A stretch of DNA of 61,648 nt from Bacteroidota bacterium. GTDB lineage: Bacteria > Bacteroidota > Bacteroidia > Bacteroidales > FEN-979. The stretch lies in NCBI GenBank assembly GCA_037131145.1, contig JBAXRP010000003.1:1-61648 (forward strand), given 5' to 3'. Below are positions 8,360 to 19,110 of this stretch, piece by piece. A program made the position numbers and the translations under genes. The stretch's first letter is position 1; each line of letters opens with the position of its first letter. Under the pieces are notes generated by a model. That model was given only the letters and a program-made list of their open reading frames with translations. It was not told the origin of the DNA and did not search any database.

Positions 8360-10135
8360 TTATTTGTTAATAATTTCTTCTGTTCCTCCGAAATATTTAT
8401 ATTGATTTGCAAAGTAAATAGCAGAATCATTGTTTTTTGCATCATAATAATAATATAGACTGAGGCTTTTATATGCATCCTTTAGATCTGGTTTGTTTTT
8501 GATTGCCCTTCGCCACATTGATGCTGCGCTTTGTTTTTCTCCTTTAGTTATTAAAAATAATCCTAAATCATAAGCGGCAAGACCGTTTGATGGATCATTA
8601 TTTAAGGCCTCGCGACATCGGGCAATAGCTTTATCTATTTGATTATTTTTAAAAAAAACGCACGATGATTCGATACAAAAAAGAACAAAGTTGGCGCGTG
8701 CTTCGTTGTCACTATACCCTTGATTAAATGCTGAGGCAAAATAACTATATGCTTTTTCATAGTTTTTTTTATCAGTGTAATAAATCATTCCCAAATTATA
8801 TCTGAAGATTGGATATGTTTTTACACTATCTGCGCGAAGGAGTAGTTTCTCATAATTATTAAAATCTTTCTGCTTAAAATAATATCTTCCCAAAAAGTAG
8901 GGAAACCATGACCTTTCCGGGGCATAATTAATAGATGAAGACCAAAAACTGACAGCATCTTGATATTTTTTTTGCTGGAGAAAATCATAAAATATAAATA
9001 AAGCCAAAATAGTTAATATTATTAAACTGGTTTGTTTTGTTTTCATTTCAAACCATCTTTCCGGAAGCAGACCCAGAAGCATGATTATAAATCCAATTGA
9101 GGGCAAATAGATACGGTGAAGAAGATATTCAAAACTGTCGTCAGCAGAAGTAAGGCGAACGAACATATTGGGAAAACAGAAACCGAGAAACCAAACTGAC
9201 CCGAAAAGGATTAAAATAGTTTTCTGATTGTGTTTTTGTTTAAAAATAATAAAAAAAAATGCGATGATAATCAAAATACCTGCAATTGTATATCCAGACG
9301 AAAAAACGGGAGTTACAGGGAGATTAAAAGGAAAAATAAGCCGAGTAATCCCCTCAGGAAGAAAAGGCAGGTTATGCATTAAAGGTGATAATCCAACCTG
9401 ATTGTCAGCCCGGTGATCAATTGTAATATCCCTCATGTAAAACCAAAAAAGAAATACACCCAACCATGACAGGTAAACCGGAATTCTTTTCATAGTAAAA
9501 AACTTTTCCTTTTTTATCAGCGTAATAAAAATGAAAAAGAACGGAAGAAAAATGGCGGATTCTTTTGAAAAAAGTGCGCAGGCAAAAAATAATACATGTA
9601 AAATCAGGAAATTATATTTTTGATCTTTAAAATATTTCATTAAAAAAATAATTGTGAGAATGGAATAAAGCGTGACCAATAAATCTCCTCGTGCCGGGAT
9701 CCAAAGAACAGCATGACCCATAACCGGGTGAACAGAAAAAATTAATGTAATGATCAGTGATTGGGATTTGCTGAATTGTAGTAACTGTAGCAACCAAAGA
9801 AGACTCAGACATACCATAATGTGGTAAAACAGGTTCGAAAAATGATAAATTGCAGGCGAAACGCCACCAATTAGGGCATCTATCATAAAAGATACATTCA
9901 TTAATGGCCTATAATATGGACTTCTGTTTGCAAAAAAAGCATCGCTATGGAAAGCAGTTCCAATGTTAGACAGGTTGCTTAGCTTTTCAAAGTTTCCAAG
10001 AATGAGAATATCATCATCAAAATAAACAAAACCAAGCTGAATTGCCGATATATATACAATCAGCGGAACAACAATAACGAAAATGACACTGTAGCGATAA
10101 ATGTCAAACCGGTTAACCTGTGCTTTTTGTTTCAT
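8360..10135 (-). CDS. TMTC-like GT-C membrane glycosyltransferase with C-terminal TPRs
   Basis: FVYFDD, YYRPL, HPVMGHAVLWIPARGDLL and SKE motifs; multiple TM helices; TPRs. Confidence 0.8.
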   Translation of the reverse strand: MKQKAQVNRFDIYRYSVIFVIVVPLIVYISAIQLGFVYFDDDILILGNFEKLSNLSNIGTAFHSDAFFANRSPYYRPLMNVSFMIDALIGGVSPAIYHFSNLFYHIMVCLSLLWLLQLLQFSKSQSLIITLIFSVHPVMGHAVLWIPARGDLLVTLYSILTIIFLMKYFKDQKYNFLILHVLFFACALFSKESAIFLPFFFIFITLIKKEKFFTMKRIPVYLSWLGVFLFWFYMRDITIDHRADNQVGLSPLMHNLPFLPEGITRLIFPFNLPVTPVFSSGYTIAGILIIIAFFFIIFKQKHNQKTILILFGSVWFLGFCFPNMFVRLTSADDSFEYLLHRIYLPSIGFIIMLLGLLPERWFEMKTKQTSLIILTILALFIFYDFLQQKKYQDAVSFWSSSINYAPERSWFPYFLGRYYFKQKDFNNYEKLLLRADSVKTYPIFRYNLGMIYYTDKKNYEKAYSYFASAFNQGYSDNEARANFVLFCIESSCVFFKNNQIDKAIARCREALNNDPSNGLAAYDLGLFLITKGEKQSAASMWRRAIKNKPDLKDAYKSLSLYYYYDAKNNDSAIYFANQYKYFGGTEEIINK

Positions 10136-10216
10136 TATAAGAAGTTATGAAACGTTAAAAGTATAAATATTTTTCAATCGTAACAAATTTTGTAACTTCG
10201 CTGATGAATAAGGCTT

Positions 10217-12775
10217 ATGAGAACAACCTTCCGCATTAACACAATCCTTTCATTTCCTGTATTCTGGATTGGATTAATCAGCATTTTTACATTTATTGCA
10301 TATTACCCGGCGCTGCATGGAGCATTTACGAATTGGGATGATATGGTTTACGTAAAAGAGAATCCATATATAAAAACCATCTCTGTTGGCAATTTGAAAG
10401 CGATTTTTTCAACTAATTTTATGGGAAATTATCATCCTTTAACGATGATTTCTCTTGCTATTGATTATCAGATTAATAAATTCAATCCGTTTGGATTCCA
10501 TCTGACTAATCTTTTTCTTCATATCCTAAATTCAATATTGGTATTACTTGTTATCAGGAAACTTACAGGGAATTTATTAATCGGAGCTTTTGCCGCATTG
10601 ATATTTGGAGTCCATGCCTTCCATGTGGAATCGGTTGCATGGATATCGGAAAGAAAGGATGTATTATATGCTGGTTTTTATTTATTAACATTATTATCTT
10701 ATCTTGAATTTACTGCCAAATCCGGACTAAAATGGTATCTATTGAGTCTGTTTATATTTTTATTAGCCTGTTTATCTAAGGGTCAGGCTGTTACCTTAGG
10801 AGTTTCATTGATTTTAGTTGATATTTTCTTAGGACGTAAGTGGGCTTCTTTGAAAGTCCTTATTGAAAAGGTCCCGTTTCTAATAATTGCATTTGTTTTT
10901 GGAGTTGTTGCCATCAAAGCACAGGCCGGAGCTGATGCTACCATTATGGCAAATTTCCCTATTCAGCAGCGGTTTGCATTTGCTTCGTACGGACTTGTGA
11001 TGTATATATTGAAACTATTGATTCCTTTTAAATTATCTGCTTATTACCCTTATCCAATTATCTCTGATGTTGGTGAGGTTCCATTGGTATATTGGTTGTG
11101 TATAATTCCTGCAATTGTATTATTTGTAGGGTGGATTATTTCTTATAAACGCTCAAAACCGGTTTTTTTTGGGATAGGCTTTTTTCTTGTGAATATTGTT
11201 TTTCTCCTTCAACTCCTTCCTGTCGGGCGTGCTATAATGGCTGATCGTTATGTTTATATCCCATCTATTGGCTATTGTTTCCTTATTGGATGGTATCTTA
11301 ATGATTTTAAATACATTAATTCCCGGGTGACAGCTTTTATTATTATTATTCCTTATGTTGCATTATTAGGCTTTCTCACCTTTCAACGAAGTCAGGTTTG
11401 GAAAAATTCCGTAATCTTATGGAGTGATGTTCTGGAAAAGAATAGCCAGGTTACGATTGCATGGTATAACCGAGGTAATCTTTGCATGGATTCTGCGGAT
11501 TATCATGGCGCTATATCTGATTATACTGAGTGTTTAAACGTTGACAATAAATATTGGAAAGCTTATATAAACAGAGGCAATGCAAAGAATGAACTAAAAA
11601 ATCACATCGGAGCTATTGAAGATTTCAATGCAGTTCTCAGACTGGATTCTTCTTCCTTAAGGGCTTATGTAAACCGTGCAATGTCGTTTCAAAAGCTATT
11701 GGATTACAACAACTCTCTGAAAGATTTCAATAAGGCACTCAGTTTAAAACCGGAACAGGTTGAAATATATACGAGTCGGGCAAACCTGAAATTTGAAATG
11801 AAGGATTATCAGGGAGCAATCAGCGACCTTACCGAGGGCTTGCGCATTAATCCTAAATATGTTGTTGGTTATTTGAACCGTGCAATAATAAAGAAAAACA
11901 CCAAAGATTTAAAAGGCGCTATCGAAGATTACAATAAAGCAATTGAGCTTGACCCCAAAAACAGTGATATAATTAATAATAGAGGAAATTTACAATTTCA
12001 GATAGGAGATACCAGTAGCGCTTGTAAAGACTATTCGGAAAGCATTCGTATAAGCCCGGAACAGTATCTCGGTTATAAAAATCGCGGCGCTTTGAAGTTT
12101 TCCATGGAAAAGTTTGATGATGCGTTGGCAGATTATAATATTGCAATTCGTCTTAATCCTTCTTCCGGAGAGTTACATTATAACCTGGCCTTGGTTAAAC
12201 AAAAGAAAAATGATCAAGCCGCCACGTTGTCAGAGTATAAAAAAGCGGTAGAATTGGATCCAATTTATGCTTCAGATGAGTTCAGGCAAAAGCTTGGAAT
12301 AAAATCAAATGAAATTGAAGGGTTTCAACCCTCACAGTTTAATGAACAGGGAAAGGCAATGGAGTCGAAGGGCAATCTTCAGGAGGCATTAACATTATAT
12401 AAAAAAGCTGTGGAATTAAAACCAGAGTTTGCTGAAGCCTGGTATAATCTGGGCAATATCTATGGTAAAACAGGGAAGTATGCTGATGCCATGCAGTGCA
12501 TGGATAACGCTATTCGCTTTAAAAAGGATTATGCCGAAGCCTTGTCAAGCAGGGGAATCGCTTATGCCAGTATGGGTAAAGTGAATGAGGCGCTCAATGA
12601 TTTATCATCTTCAATAAAAGCAAATCCGAAATGTGCTGCGGCATACTATAACAGGGCAATTGTATATCTAACCAATGGAAATAGAGAATCAGCCTGTACA
12701 GATTTGAATAAAGCAATCGAACTGGGCTATACCGCCGCCTACCAAATATACCAGAAAGAGTGTCAAAAAAAGTAA
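10217..12775 (+). CDS. TMTC-like GT-C membrane glycosyltransferase with long TPR array
   Basis: FTNWDD, NYHPLT, HVESVAWISERKD, ADRYVYIPSIG; more than 10 TPRs (AYxNRG). Confidence 0.85.
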   Translation: MRTTFRINTILSFPVFWIGLISIFTFIAYYPALHGAFTNWDDMVYVKENPYIKTISVGNLKAIFSTNFMGNYHPLTMISLAIDYQINKFNPFGFHLTNLFLHILNSILVLLVIRKLTGNLLIGAFAALIFGVHAFHVESVAWISERKDVLYAGFYLLTLLSYLEFTAKSGLKWYLLSLFIFLLACLSKGQAVTLGVSLILVDIFLGRKWASLKVLIEKVPFLIIAFVFGVVAIKAQAGADATIMANFPIQQRFAFASYGLVMYILKLLIPFKLSAYYPYPIISDVGEVPLVYWLCIIPAIVLFVGWIISYKRSKPVFFGIGFFLVNIVFLLQLLPVGRAIMADRYVYIPSIGYCFLIGWYLNDFKYINSRVTAFIIIIPYVALLGFLTFQRSQVWKNSVILWSDVLEKNSQVTIAWYNRGNLCMDSADYHGAISDYTECLNVDNKYWKAYINRGNAKNELKNHIGAIEDFNAVLRLDSSSLRAYVNRAMSFQKLLDYNNSLKDFNKALSLKPEQVEIYTSRANLKFEMKDYQGAISDLTEGLRINPKYVVGYLNRAIIKKNTKDLKGAIEDYNKAIELDPKNSDIINNRGNLQFQIGDTSSACKDYSESIRISPEQYLGYKNRGALKFSMEKFDDALADYNIAIRLNPSSGELHYNLALVKQKKNDQAATLSEYKKAVELDPIYASDEFRQKLGIKSNEIEGFQPSQFNEQGKAMESKGNLQEALTLYKKAVELKPEFAEAWYNLGNIYGKTGKYADAMQCMDNAIRFKKDYAEALSSRGIAYASMGKVNEALNDLSSSIKANPKCAAAYYNRAIVYLTNGNRESACTDLNKAIELGYTAAYQIYQKECQKK

Positions 12776-12776
12776 A

Positions 12777-15239
12777 ATGAAGCCACCATCAAAGCATAAA
12801 AAAACACACCATCCAACTAAAGTTCCCGAACAAGGTAATTCAAAAAGGAAATCTTTAGATCATTTTTTTCTTTATTCATTTATCATCCGAAATAGCTTTC
12901 TGATTGGCATCAGCCTAGTTTTTGCTTTGATTCTAATAATTTTCCATAATTTTTTATTTGCCAATCTGTATTATCTTTTCAAAGACATTGGAAGTGATTC
13001 ATTAAACTGGACGTATCCATCTTACCTTCATATATCAGAGTATCTTAGAACAGAGGGTTTCCCTTTATGGTCATTCTCGCAGGGGATGGGGCAAAGTGTT
13101 GCGAATAGTATGAATGATCCTTTTTCCTGGCTGGTTTATATCGCAGGAGCCGAAAACCTTGCTTATTCAATGATCTGGATGGAGGCGCTGAAAATTTTGG
13201 TTACAGCCGTTTTGTTTTATCATTTTCTTCGTTATTGGAATTTATCCGGTGTTACCAAGGTTATCGGTACTGTCCTATATAGCTTTAGCGGGTTTATGAT
13301 TGTTGGAAGTGGCTGGACTATTTTTTCTACGGAAGCATGTTACCTGGCGCTTTTATTACTCAGCTTTGAGCGTCTGTATAAAAATGGTTCCTGGTACCTG
13401 TTCCCGATTGCAGTATTATTGATTACAATCCTACAGCCCTTTGATCTTTATCTCTATGGACTTTTTCTGTTTTGCTATTTCTTACTGCGACATCTTACAA
13501 GCGAAGAATCCAGCTTAAAAAGGTTTTTTAAGACTCTGGGTCAAATTGTAGTTTTCGGACTTCTCGGGCTTATGATTAGTTGTTTCTTCCTTGTTTTTTT
13601 TATTCAAATTATTATTGATAGTCCAAGAATTGGCGGTAGTTCCTCCTATTTTACTCAATTATTTTCTCAACCTCTGTTTTTTACAGAAAAATCCATTTAC
13701 TATACAACATCCATTTTACGATTGTTTCACAATGATTTAATTGGAAATGGCAGCAAGTTTTACGGATGGTACAATTATCTTGAAGCGCCAATGTTCTATA
13801 TTGGAATTTTTCCTTTGCTTTTATTTCCACAGATATTTTTTTTAGAGGGGCGCAGGAAAAAAGTTGGTTATGCGATTTTTTCAGGGTTATTGCTATTCCT
13901 TCTGATATTTCCATTTTTCAGATATGCTATCTGGCTTTTTTCAGGCGATTATTTCAGAGGCTTTTCACTTTTCATTTCTGTGCCACTTTTGTTATTTGGG
14001 CTGTCAGCCTTCAGCGCTTTTGATAATGGAAAAAAAATAAACCCATACATACTTATCGCAACTGCTGTAGTATTGATTTTCCTCCTTTATTTTCCCTATA
14101 CCGGAGCTGATCAGATTATTCGGAGTGATATTCAGAGTGACGTAAGGAATTTTATTGTCATCTATACAATTATTTTATTGTTGTTTACAATTAAAACATA
14201 CAACCAGATTCTTAGTGTTGTTTTAATGTTAATTATCATTATCGAAGCCGGTTATTTTAATTATAAAACACTAAAGGAAAGGGATGTGCTTTCACGGCTG
14301 GAGATGAATCAGAAAATCGGGTATAATGATTTTGGAATTGACGCTATTAAAAATATAAAATCGTATGATAAACAATTTTTCAGAGTAAACAAGGATTTTT
14401 CCTCCAATCCCGCAATGCATACAAGTTTTAACGATGCAAAGGCACAGGGTTTTTTTGGAACACGTTCGTATTATTCTTTTAACCAAAAATATTATATAAG
14501 GTTTTTGGAGGAAATGCTCATAATTAAAAAAGGAAGTGAAACCATGAGCCGCTGGTCAATCGGACTATCAGGACGACCCTTGTTGCAGATATTGGCAAGC
14601 ACAAAGTATCAGTTAATCCGAGGAACTATTCTTCCGCCATTTACCATTCTGTACGATTCATTAAACATGTTTGGCGATGTTAAAGTGTTGAAAAACAGAA
14701 ATTATTTACCACTTGGGTTTACCTATAATAATTTTCTTCGACTGAGTGTTTTCAGGAAGGCATCAACTCCACAAAAGGAATTCATTCTTCAAAAAACCTG
14801 TGTTATTGATGATTCACTATCAAACTACTTTGAATCTTTTCCCGGCTTCTCAATGACTGATACTGTTTCGCGTTATAGTATTCTCGATTTATCACATGAT
14901 GTGATAAAAAGGAAAGAGGATACATTAAATATTACAAGATTCACTGAAAATCGTATTGAAGGAACCATAAATCCAAAAACCAAAAAAATCTTGTTTTTTA
15001 GCATTCCGTATGATCGCGGATGGCATGGAAAAATTGATGGCAATGAAACAAAACTGTTTTTAATAAATATCGGGTTTATCGGTATGATAGTTGAACCGGG
15101 ATTTCATAAAATTGATTTGTATTATCGCCCACCTTATTTTTTTGCCAGCATGATGGTTTCGGTATTCGGGTTATTGATTTACCTGAGCGCTATTGTCGGT
15201 AGCCGGTTTTTGATTTATCGTAAAAGAAGTAAAAACTGA
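12777..15239 (+). CDS. YfhO-family membrane protein (GT-C glycosyltransferase)
   Basis: Polytopic N-terminus (DIGSDS, PLWSFSQGMG); C-terminal FFSIPYDRGWHGKIDG...GFHKIDLYYRPP typical of YfhO. Confidence 0.85.
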   Translation: MKPPSKHKKTHHPTKVPEQGNSKRKSLDHFFLYSFIIRNSFLIGISLVFALILIIFHNFLFANLYYLFKDIGSDSLNWTYPSYLHISEYLRTEGFPLWSFSQGMGQSVANSMNDPFSWLVYIAGAENLAYSMIWMEALKILVTAVLFYHFLRYWNLSGVTKVIGTVLYSFSGFMIVGSGWTIFSTEACYLALLLLSFERLYKNGSWYLFPIAVLLITILQPFDLYLYGLFLFCYFLLRHLTSEESSLKRFFKTLGQIVVFGLLGLMISCFFLVFFIQIIIDSPRIGGSSSYFTQLFSQPLFFTEKSIYYTTSILRLFHNDLIGNGSKFYGWYNYLEAPMFYIGIFPLLLFPQIFFLEGRRKKVGYAIFSGLLLFLLIFPFFRYAIWLFSGDYFRGFSLFISVPLLLFGLSAFSAFDNGKKINPYILIATAVVLIFLLYFPYTGADQIIRSDIQSDVRNFIVIYTIILLLFTIKTYNQILSVVLMLIIIIEAGYFNYKTLKERDVLSRLEMNQKIGYNDFGIDAIKNIKSYDKQFFRVNKDFSSNPAMHTSFNDAKAQGFFGTRSYYSFNQKYYIRFLEEMLIIKKGSETMSRWSIGLSGRPLLQILASTKYQLIRGTILPPFTILYDSLNMFGDVKVLKNRNYLPLGFTYNNFLRLSVFRKASTPQKEFILQKTCVIDDSLSNYFESFPGFSMTDTVSRYSILDLSHDVIKRKEDTLNITRFTENRIEGTINPKTKKILFFSIPYDRGWHGKIDGNETKLFLINIGFIGMIVEPGFHKIDLYYRPPYFFASMMVSVFGLLIYLSAIVGSRFLIYRKRSKN

Positions 15240-15387
15240 CCATTTAAACTTTATTTGAGAACACTTTGCCAGCGGTCATACCAGATTTTCTTTGGGAATG
15301 GTTCAAGGAAAAATATGAGATTATCTATTCTCAACTGGATGGGTTTATACATTTGGCGACAATGATTTGAATGTAAAATTTCAGAAT

Positions 15388-16173
15388 ATGAAAGAGTTAG
15401 AAATTTGCAAAAAAGAGTGTCTTTTAGAAATATTAAGGTTATATAAAAAAGCAAACGCCGGACATATTGCCGCTTCTCTTTCATGCCTTGATATTTTAAT
15501 ATTGTTGTATTTCAGACAGATGAGCGATCAAGATCATTTTATTCTATCAAAAGGTCATGCAGCTTTGGGCTTATATACGGTACTTTCAGCATCTGGAAAA
15601 ATTTCACCGGATGAACTGGAAACTTTTTATGAAGATGGCACCAAGCTGGCTGCTCATCCTCCATGTAGTGGATTATTAAATGGTATTGTTTTTGGGACAG
15701 GCAGTTTGGGGCATGGTTTATCACTTGCAGCCGGAAAGGCTTTATCTACTCGTTTTACCGGTAACAAAGCCAAAGTTTATTGTCTTTTATCAGATGGAGA
15801 TTGCAATGAAGGATCTACCTGGGAAGCAGCTTTATTTGCAGGCCATCATAAATTAAATAACCTTATTGTAATCGTTGATAATAATGGACTTCAAGGGTTT
15901 GGAAGTACTCTTGATGTACTTGACCTGACGCCTTTAAAAAGCAAATGGGAGTCTTTTAATTTTGATGTGTATATAGGCGAAAACGGAAATGACCTGGAAT
16001 GTTTACAAAAGGTATTCAATTCTATCAAATATGATGATTTTAGGCCAAAATGTATTATTGCAAAAACTATAAAAGGCAGCGGCGTATCGTTTATGGAGAA
16101 TAAAATGGAATGGCATTATCTGCCCATGACTGACGAACAGTATTCTCAGGCAATAAAACAAATAACTTTCTGA
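15388..16173 (+). CDS. Transketolase, N-terminal (TPP-binding) subunit
   Basis: AGHIAASLS, ILSKGHA, GSLGHGL, SDGDCNEGSTWEA, IVDNN. Confidence 0.9.
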   Translation: MKELEICKKECLLEILRLYKKANAGHIAASLSCLDILILLYFRQMSDQDHFILSKGHAALGLYTVLSASGKISPDELETFYEDGTKLAAHPPCSGLLNGIVFGTGSLGHGLSLAAGKALSTRFTGNKAKVYCLLSDGDCNEGSTWEAALFAGHHKLNNLIVIVDNNGLQGFGSTLDVLDLTPLKSKWESFNFDVYIGENGNDLECLQKVFNSIKYDDFRPKCIIAKTIKGSGVSFMENKMEWHYLPMTDEQYSQAIKQITF

Positions 16174-17087
16174 TGCGTAAGGAGTTTGCAAGAACTATTG
16201 AGAAAATAGCAGGAGACGATTCCCGAATTATTTTTCTTACCGGCGATCTTGGCTTTATGGCGTTAGAAGGCGTAAGAGACATTATGGGAAGCCGTTTTAT
16301 AAATGTTGGCGTAGCTGAGCAAAACATGATATCTCTTGCGGCTGGTTTGGCTTCCGAAGGACTCATCCCATTTTGTTACACCATTGCTCCATTTGCCGTT
16401 TTCAGACCGGCAGAGCAATTACGGTTGGATGTTGGGCTACACAATTTGAATGTAAAAATTGTTGGAAATGGAGGTGGGTATGGTTATGGAATCATGGGCG
16501 CAACACATCATGCGCTGGAAGATATTGCAGTAGTTTCCTCATTCCAGAATTTTCACTGTTATATTCCATATTGCAACGAAGACGTTCAGGGAACAGTTCA
16601 CGCGATGTTGCAGTACGGTGGCCCTTCCTATTTAAGGTTAGGATTTGGCGTTGTTCCTCCTTCTATTTTCAAAACTGATTTTGCTCCAATCAGGAAGCTT
16701 GCTTCTGGTGATAAACTGACAATTGTTGGACTTGGTCCGGTAGTGTTAAATGCATGGAAAGCCATTGAAAAACTTGAGGATTATTCTTTAGCTGACTTGT
16801 TTGCTGTTAGTGAAATGCCATTAACTCAATTATCCGAGGAATTAATGATGAGTCTTAATCGCACGAAAAAGCTTTTAGTCATCGAGGAACATGTTAGCAG
16901 AGGTGGTTTAGGAGAAAACCTTGCTTTATTTATAGTAAAACATCAATTAAATTGCCAGTTTATTCACAGATTTGCGTTAGGCTATCCAAATGGGTTGTAT
17001 GGAAGTCAAGACTATCATCAAAAATTAAGTGGATTAGATCAACAATCTCTTGCTACTGATATTCAAACACTTTTAAGATTAACATAG
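16173..17087 (+). CDS. Transketolase, C-terminal (pyrimidine-binding) subunit
   Basis: LTGDLG, NVGVAEQNMI, THHALED, IEEH; start overlaps the upstream stop (TGATG). Confidence 0.9.
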   Translation: MRKEFARTIEKIAGDDSRIIFLTGDLGFMALEGVRDIMGSRFINVGVAEQNMISLAAGLASEGLIPFCYTIAPFAVFRPAEQLRLDVGLHNLNVKIVGNGGGYGYGIMGATHHALEDIAVVSSFQNFHCYIPYCNEDVQGTVHAMLQYGGPSYLRLGFGVVPPSIFKTDFAPIRKLASGDKLTIVGLGPVVLNAWKAIEKLEDYSLADLFAVSEMPLTQLSEELMMSLNRTKKLLVIEEHVSRGGLGENLALFIVKHQLNCQFIHRFALGYPNGLYGSQDYHQKLSGLDQQSLATDIQTLLRLT

Positions 17088-17088
17088 T

Positions 17089-19107
17089 ATGATGGATTCT
17101 ATATTATATAAAAATACATGGGAATCTGAGGAAATTGAGGAAGCGGGGAAGTTATCTGGGCCTGTTTTAATTGTGGGCGCTTCAGGTTTTATTGGCGCAA
17201 ACCTGTTTTTTACTTTGAGCCAATTTCGTAAAGATGTTTTTGCATGTTCACGAAATCCGCAAAAATCATGGCGACTTTCAGGGGTTGATTCTAAAAGTTT
17301 AATTAACACGGACATCACCAATTATGACCAGATAAAAAAAACCGTGAATGACCTTAGACCACAAACTGTTTTTAATTTATCGGCTTATGGAGCTTATGCG
17401 AGACAGGCAGATACCGAAAAAATTCATCAGACAAATTATTTCGGGACACTCAATCTTATCCGCGCTTTATCAGAAACCGGATGCAGCGCTTTTGTGCAGG
17501 CTGGTTCTTCTTCGGAATATGGGCTCAATTGCAATTTTTCTGATGAGACATCTGAACTGATTCCAAATAGTGATTATGCAGTAACCAAGGTTAGCGCAGG
17601 CTATCTTATCAAATATTATGGGAGAGTACATGGATTTCCCTGCATTAATTTGCGCTTATACTCGGTTTATGGTCCTTGGGAAGAGCGTGACAGATTGATT
17701 CCTGTACTGATTACTAATGGTCTTAAAGGGAAATACCCGCATTTGGTGAACAAAGAAATTTCCCGTGATTTTATATATATTGATGATTGCACTTATGCAT
17801 TAGTGAAAGCAGCAACGATTGCATGTAAAAATTACCCTGGAGAATCTATAAACATCGCTTCAGGGGTTAAAACGACTTTGGAAACCGCTGCATTTACTGC
17901 GAAAAATATTTTTAACATCAAAGAGGATCCTGATTTTGGCTCTATGGCAAATCGAAAATGGGATTTGCCGCAATGGTACGGAAACCCTGAATTGGCAAAG
18001 AAGTTGATGGGATGGACGTTTAAAAAGCAATTTAATGAAGGACTCAGACTGACAATTGCATGGGAAAGGGAAGCTGAAACAAAGCTTAAATATGTAACGG
18101 TTCCGCTTAAAGAAAAGAAAATTTCTGCAATTATTGCATGTTATAAAGACGAACAATCAATTCCGGTTTTATTTGAAAGGCTTACAACAGTTTTTCAGAA
18201 GAGTTTTTACGATTACGAAATTATTTTTGTTAATGATTGTAGTCCTTTTATGGATGAAGCAATTATCTATCAATTGTGTCTGAATGATAATCATGTTATT
18301 GGAATCTCTCATTCCAGGAACTTTGGTTCACAGTCCGCATTTATCAGTGGAATGGAAATAGCATCAGGTGATGCTGTAGTTGTTTTGGATGGCGACGGTC
18401 AGGATCCACCTGAAATAATTAAAGACTTTATTTTGAAATGGGAGGAAGGTTATGACATCGTTTATGGACAACGGATAAAACGTAAAGCGCCACTTTACAT
18501 GCAGGTTTTATACAAATGGTTTTATCGGTTATTCAAGAATATTTCTGATATTGATATACCGGTAGATGCCGGTGATTTTTCACTCATTGACCGAAAAGCA
18601 GTCGGGTATCTTCTCCAATTCCCTGAAAAGGATATTTTCCTTCGGGGATTACGCGCCTGGATTGGATTCAGGCAGGTTGGAGTTCCATACATTCGACCTG
18701 AGCGTCTTTTTGGTAGCACAACTAATAGTTTCCTGAAAAATATCTGGTGGGCAAAAAAAGGAATTTTTTCATTTAGCACAAAACCGCTACAGTATATTCA
18801 AGCGATTGGGGTTGCTATATTTATTGGCACTTTAGGGCTTTCAATCTTTTATATAATAAATTATTTAATCAAACCCCCACAAGACGCCAAGGGAATTACT
18901 ACTATTATAACAATAATGCTTGGGTTAGGAGGCGTTCAACTTATTTCAATCAGTCTTCTTGGAGATTATATCGGTAAGATCATAGAAGAAGTTAAGAACA
19001 GACCTAAATATATAAGGGATAAAATAATTTACAATAGCAAAATATATTCTGCTCCTAAAGATATTAATAAAGTTATTAATGAAATTCAGAACAATAAAAA
19101 TTTGTAA
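17089..19107 (+). CDS. Fusion of NAD-dependent epimerase/dehydratase (extended SDR) and GT2 GtrB/Dpm1-like polyprenol-phosphate glycosyltransferase
   Basis: GASGFIG, GSSSEYG, YAVTK; then VNDCS, SRNFGSQ, LDGDGQDPP, GDFSLIDR, two TM helices, RPKY. Confidence 0.9.
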   Translation: MMDSILYKNTWESEEIEEAGKLSGPVLIVGASGFIGANLFFTLSQFRKDVFACSRNPQKSWRLSGVDSKSLINTDITNYDQIKKTVNDLRPQTVFNLSAYGAYARQADTEKIHQTNYFGTLNLIRALSETGCSAFVQAGSSSEYGLNCNFSDETSELIPNSDYAVTKVSAGYLIKYYGRVHGFPCINLRLYSVYGPWEERDRLIPVLITNGLKGKYPHLVNKEISRDFIYIDDCTYALVKAATIACKNYPGESINIASGVKTTLETAAFTAKNIFNIKEDPDFGSMANRKWDLPQWYGNPELAKKLMGWTFKKQFNEGLRLTIAWEREAETKLKYVTVPLKEKKISAIIACYKDEQSIPVLFERLTTVFQKSFYDYEIIFVNDCSPFMDEAIIYQLCLNDNHVIGISHSRNFGSQSAFISGMEIASGDAVVVLDGDGQDPPEIIKDFILKWEEGYDIVYGQRIKRKAPLYMQVLYKWFYRLFKNISDIDIPVDAGDFSLIDRKAVGYLLQFPEKDIFLRGLRAWIGFRQVGVPYIRPERLFGSTTNSFLKNIWWAKKGIFSFSTKPLQYIQAIGVAIFIGTLGLSIFYIINYLIKPPQDAKGITTIITIMLGLGGVQLISISLLGDYIGKIIEEVKNRPKYIRDKIIYNSKIYSAPKDINKVINEIQNNKNL

Positions 19108-19110
19108 AAA

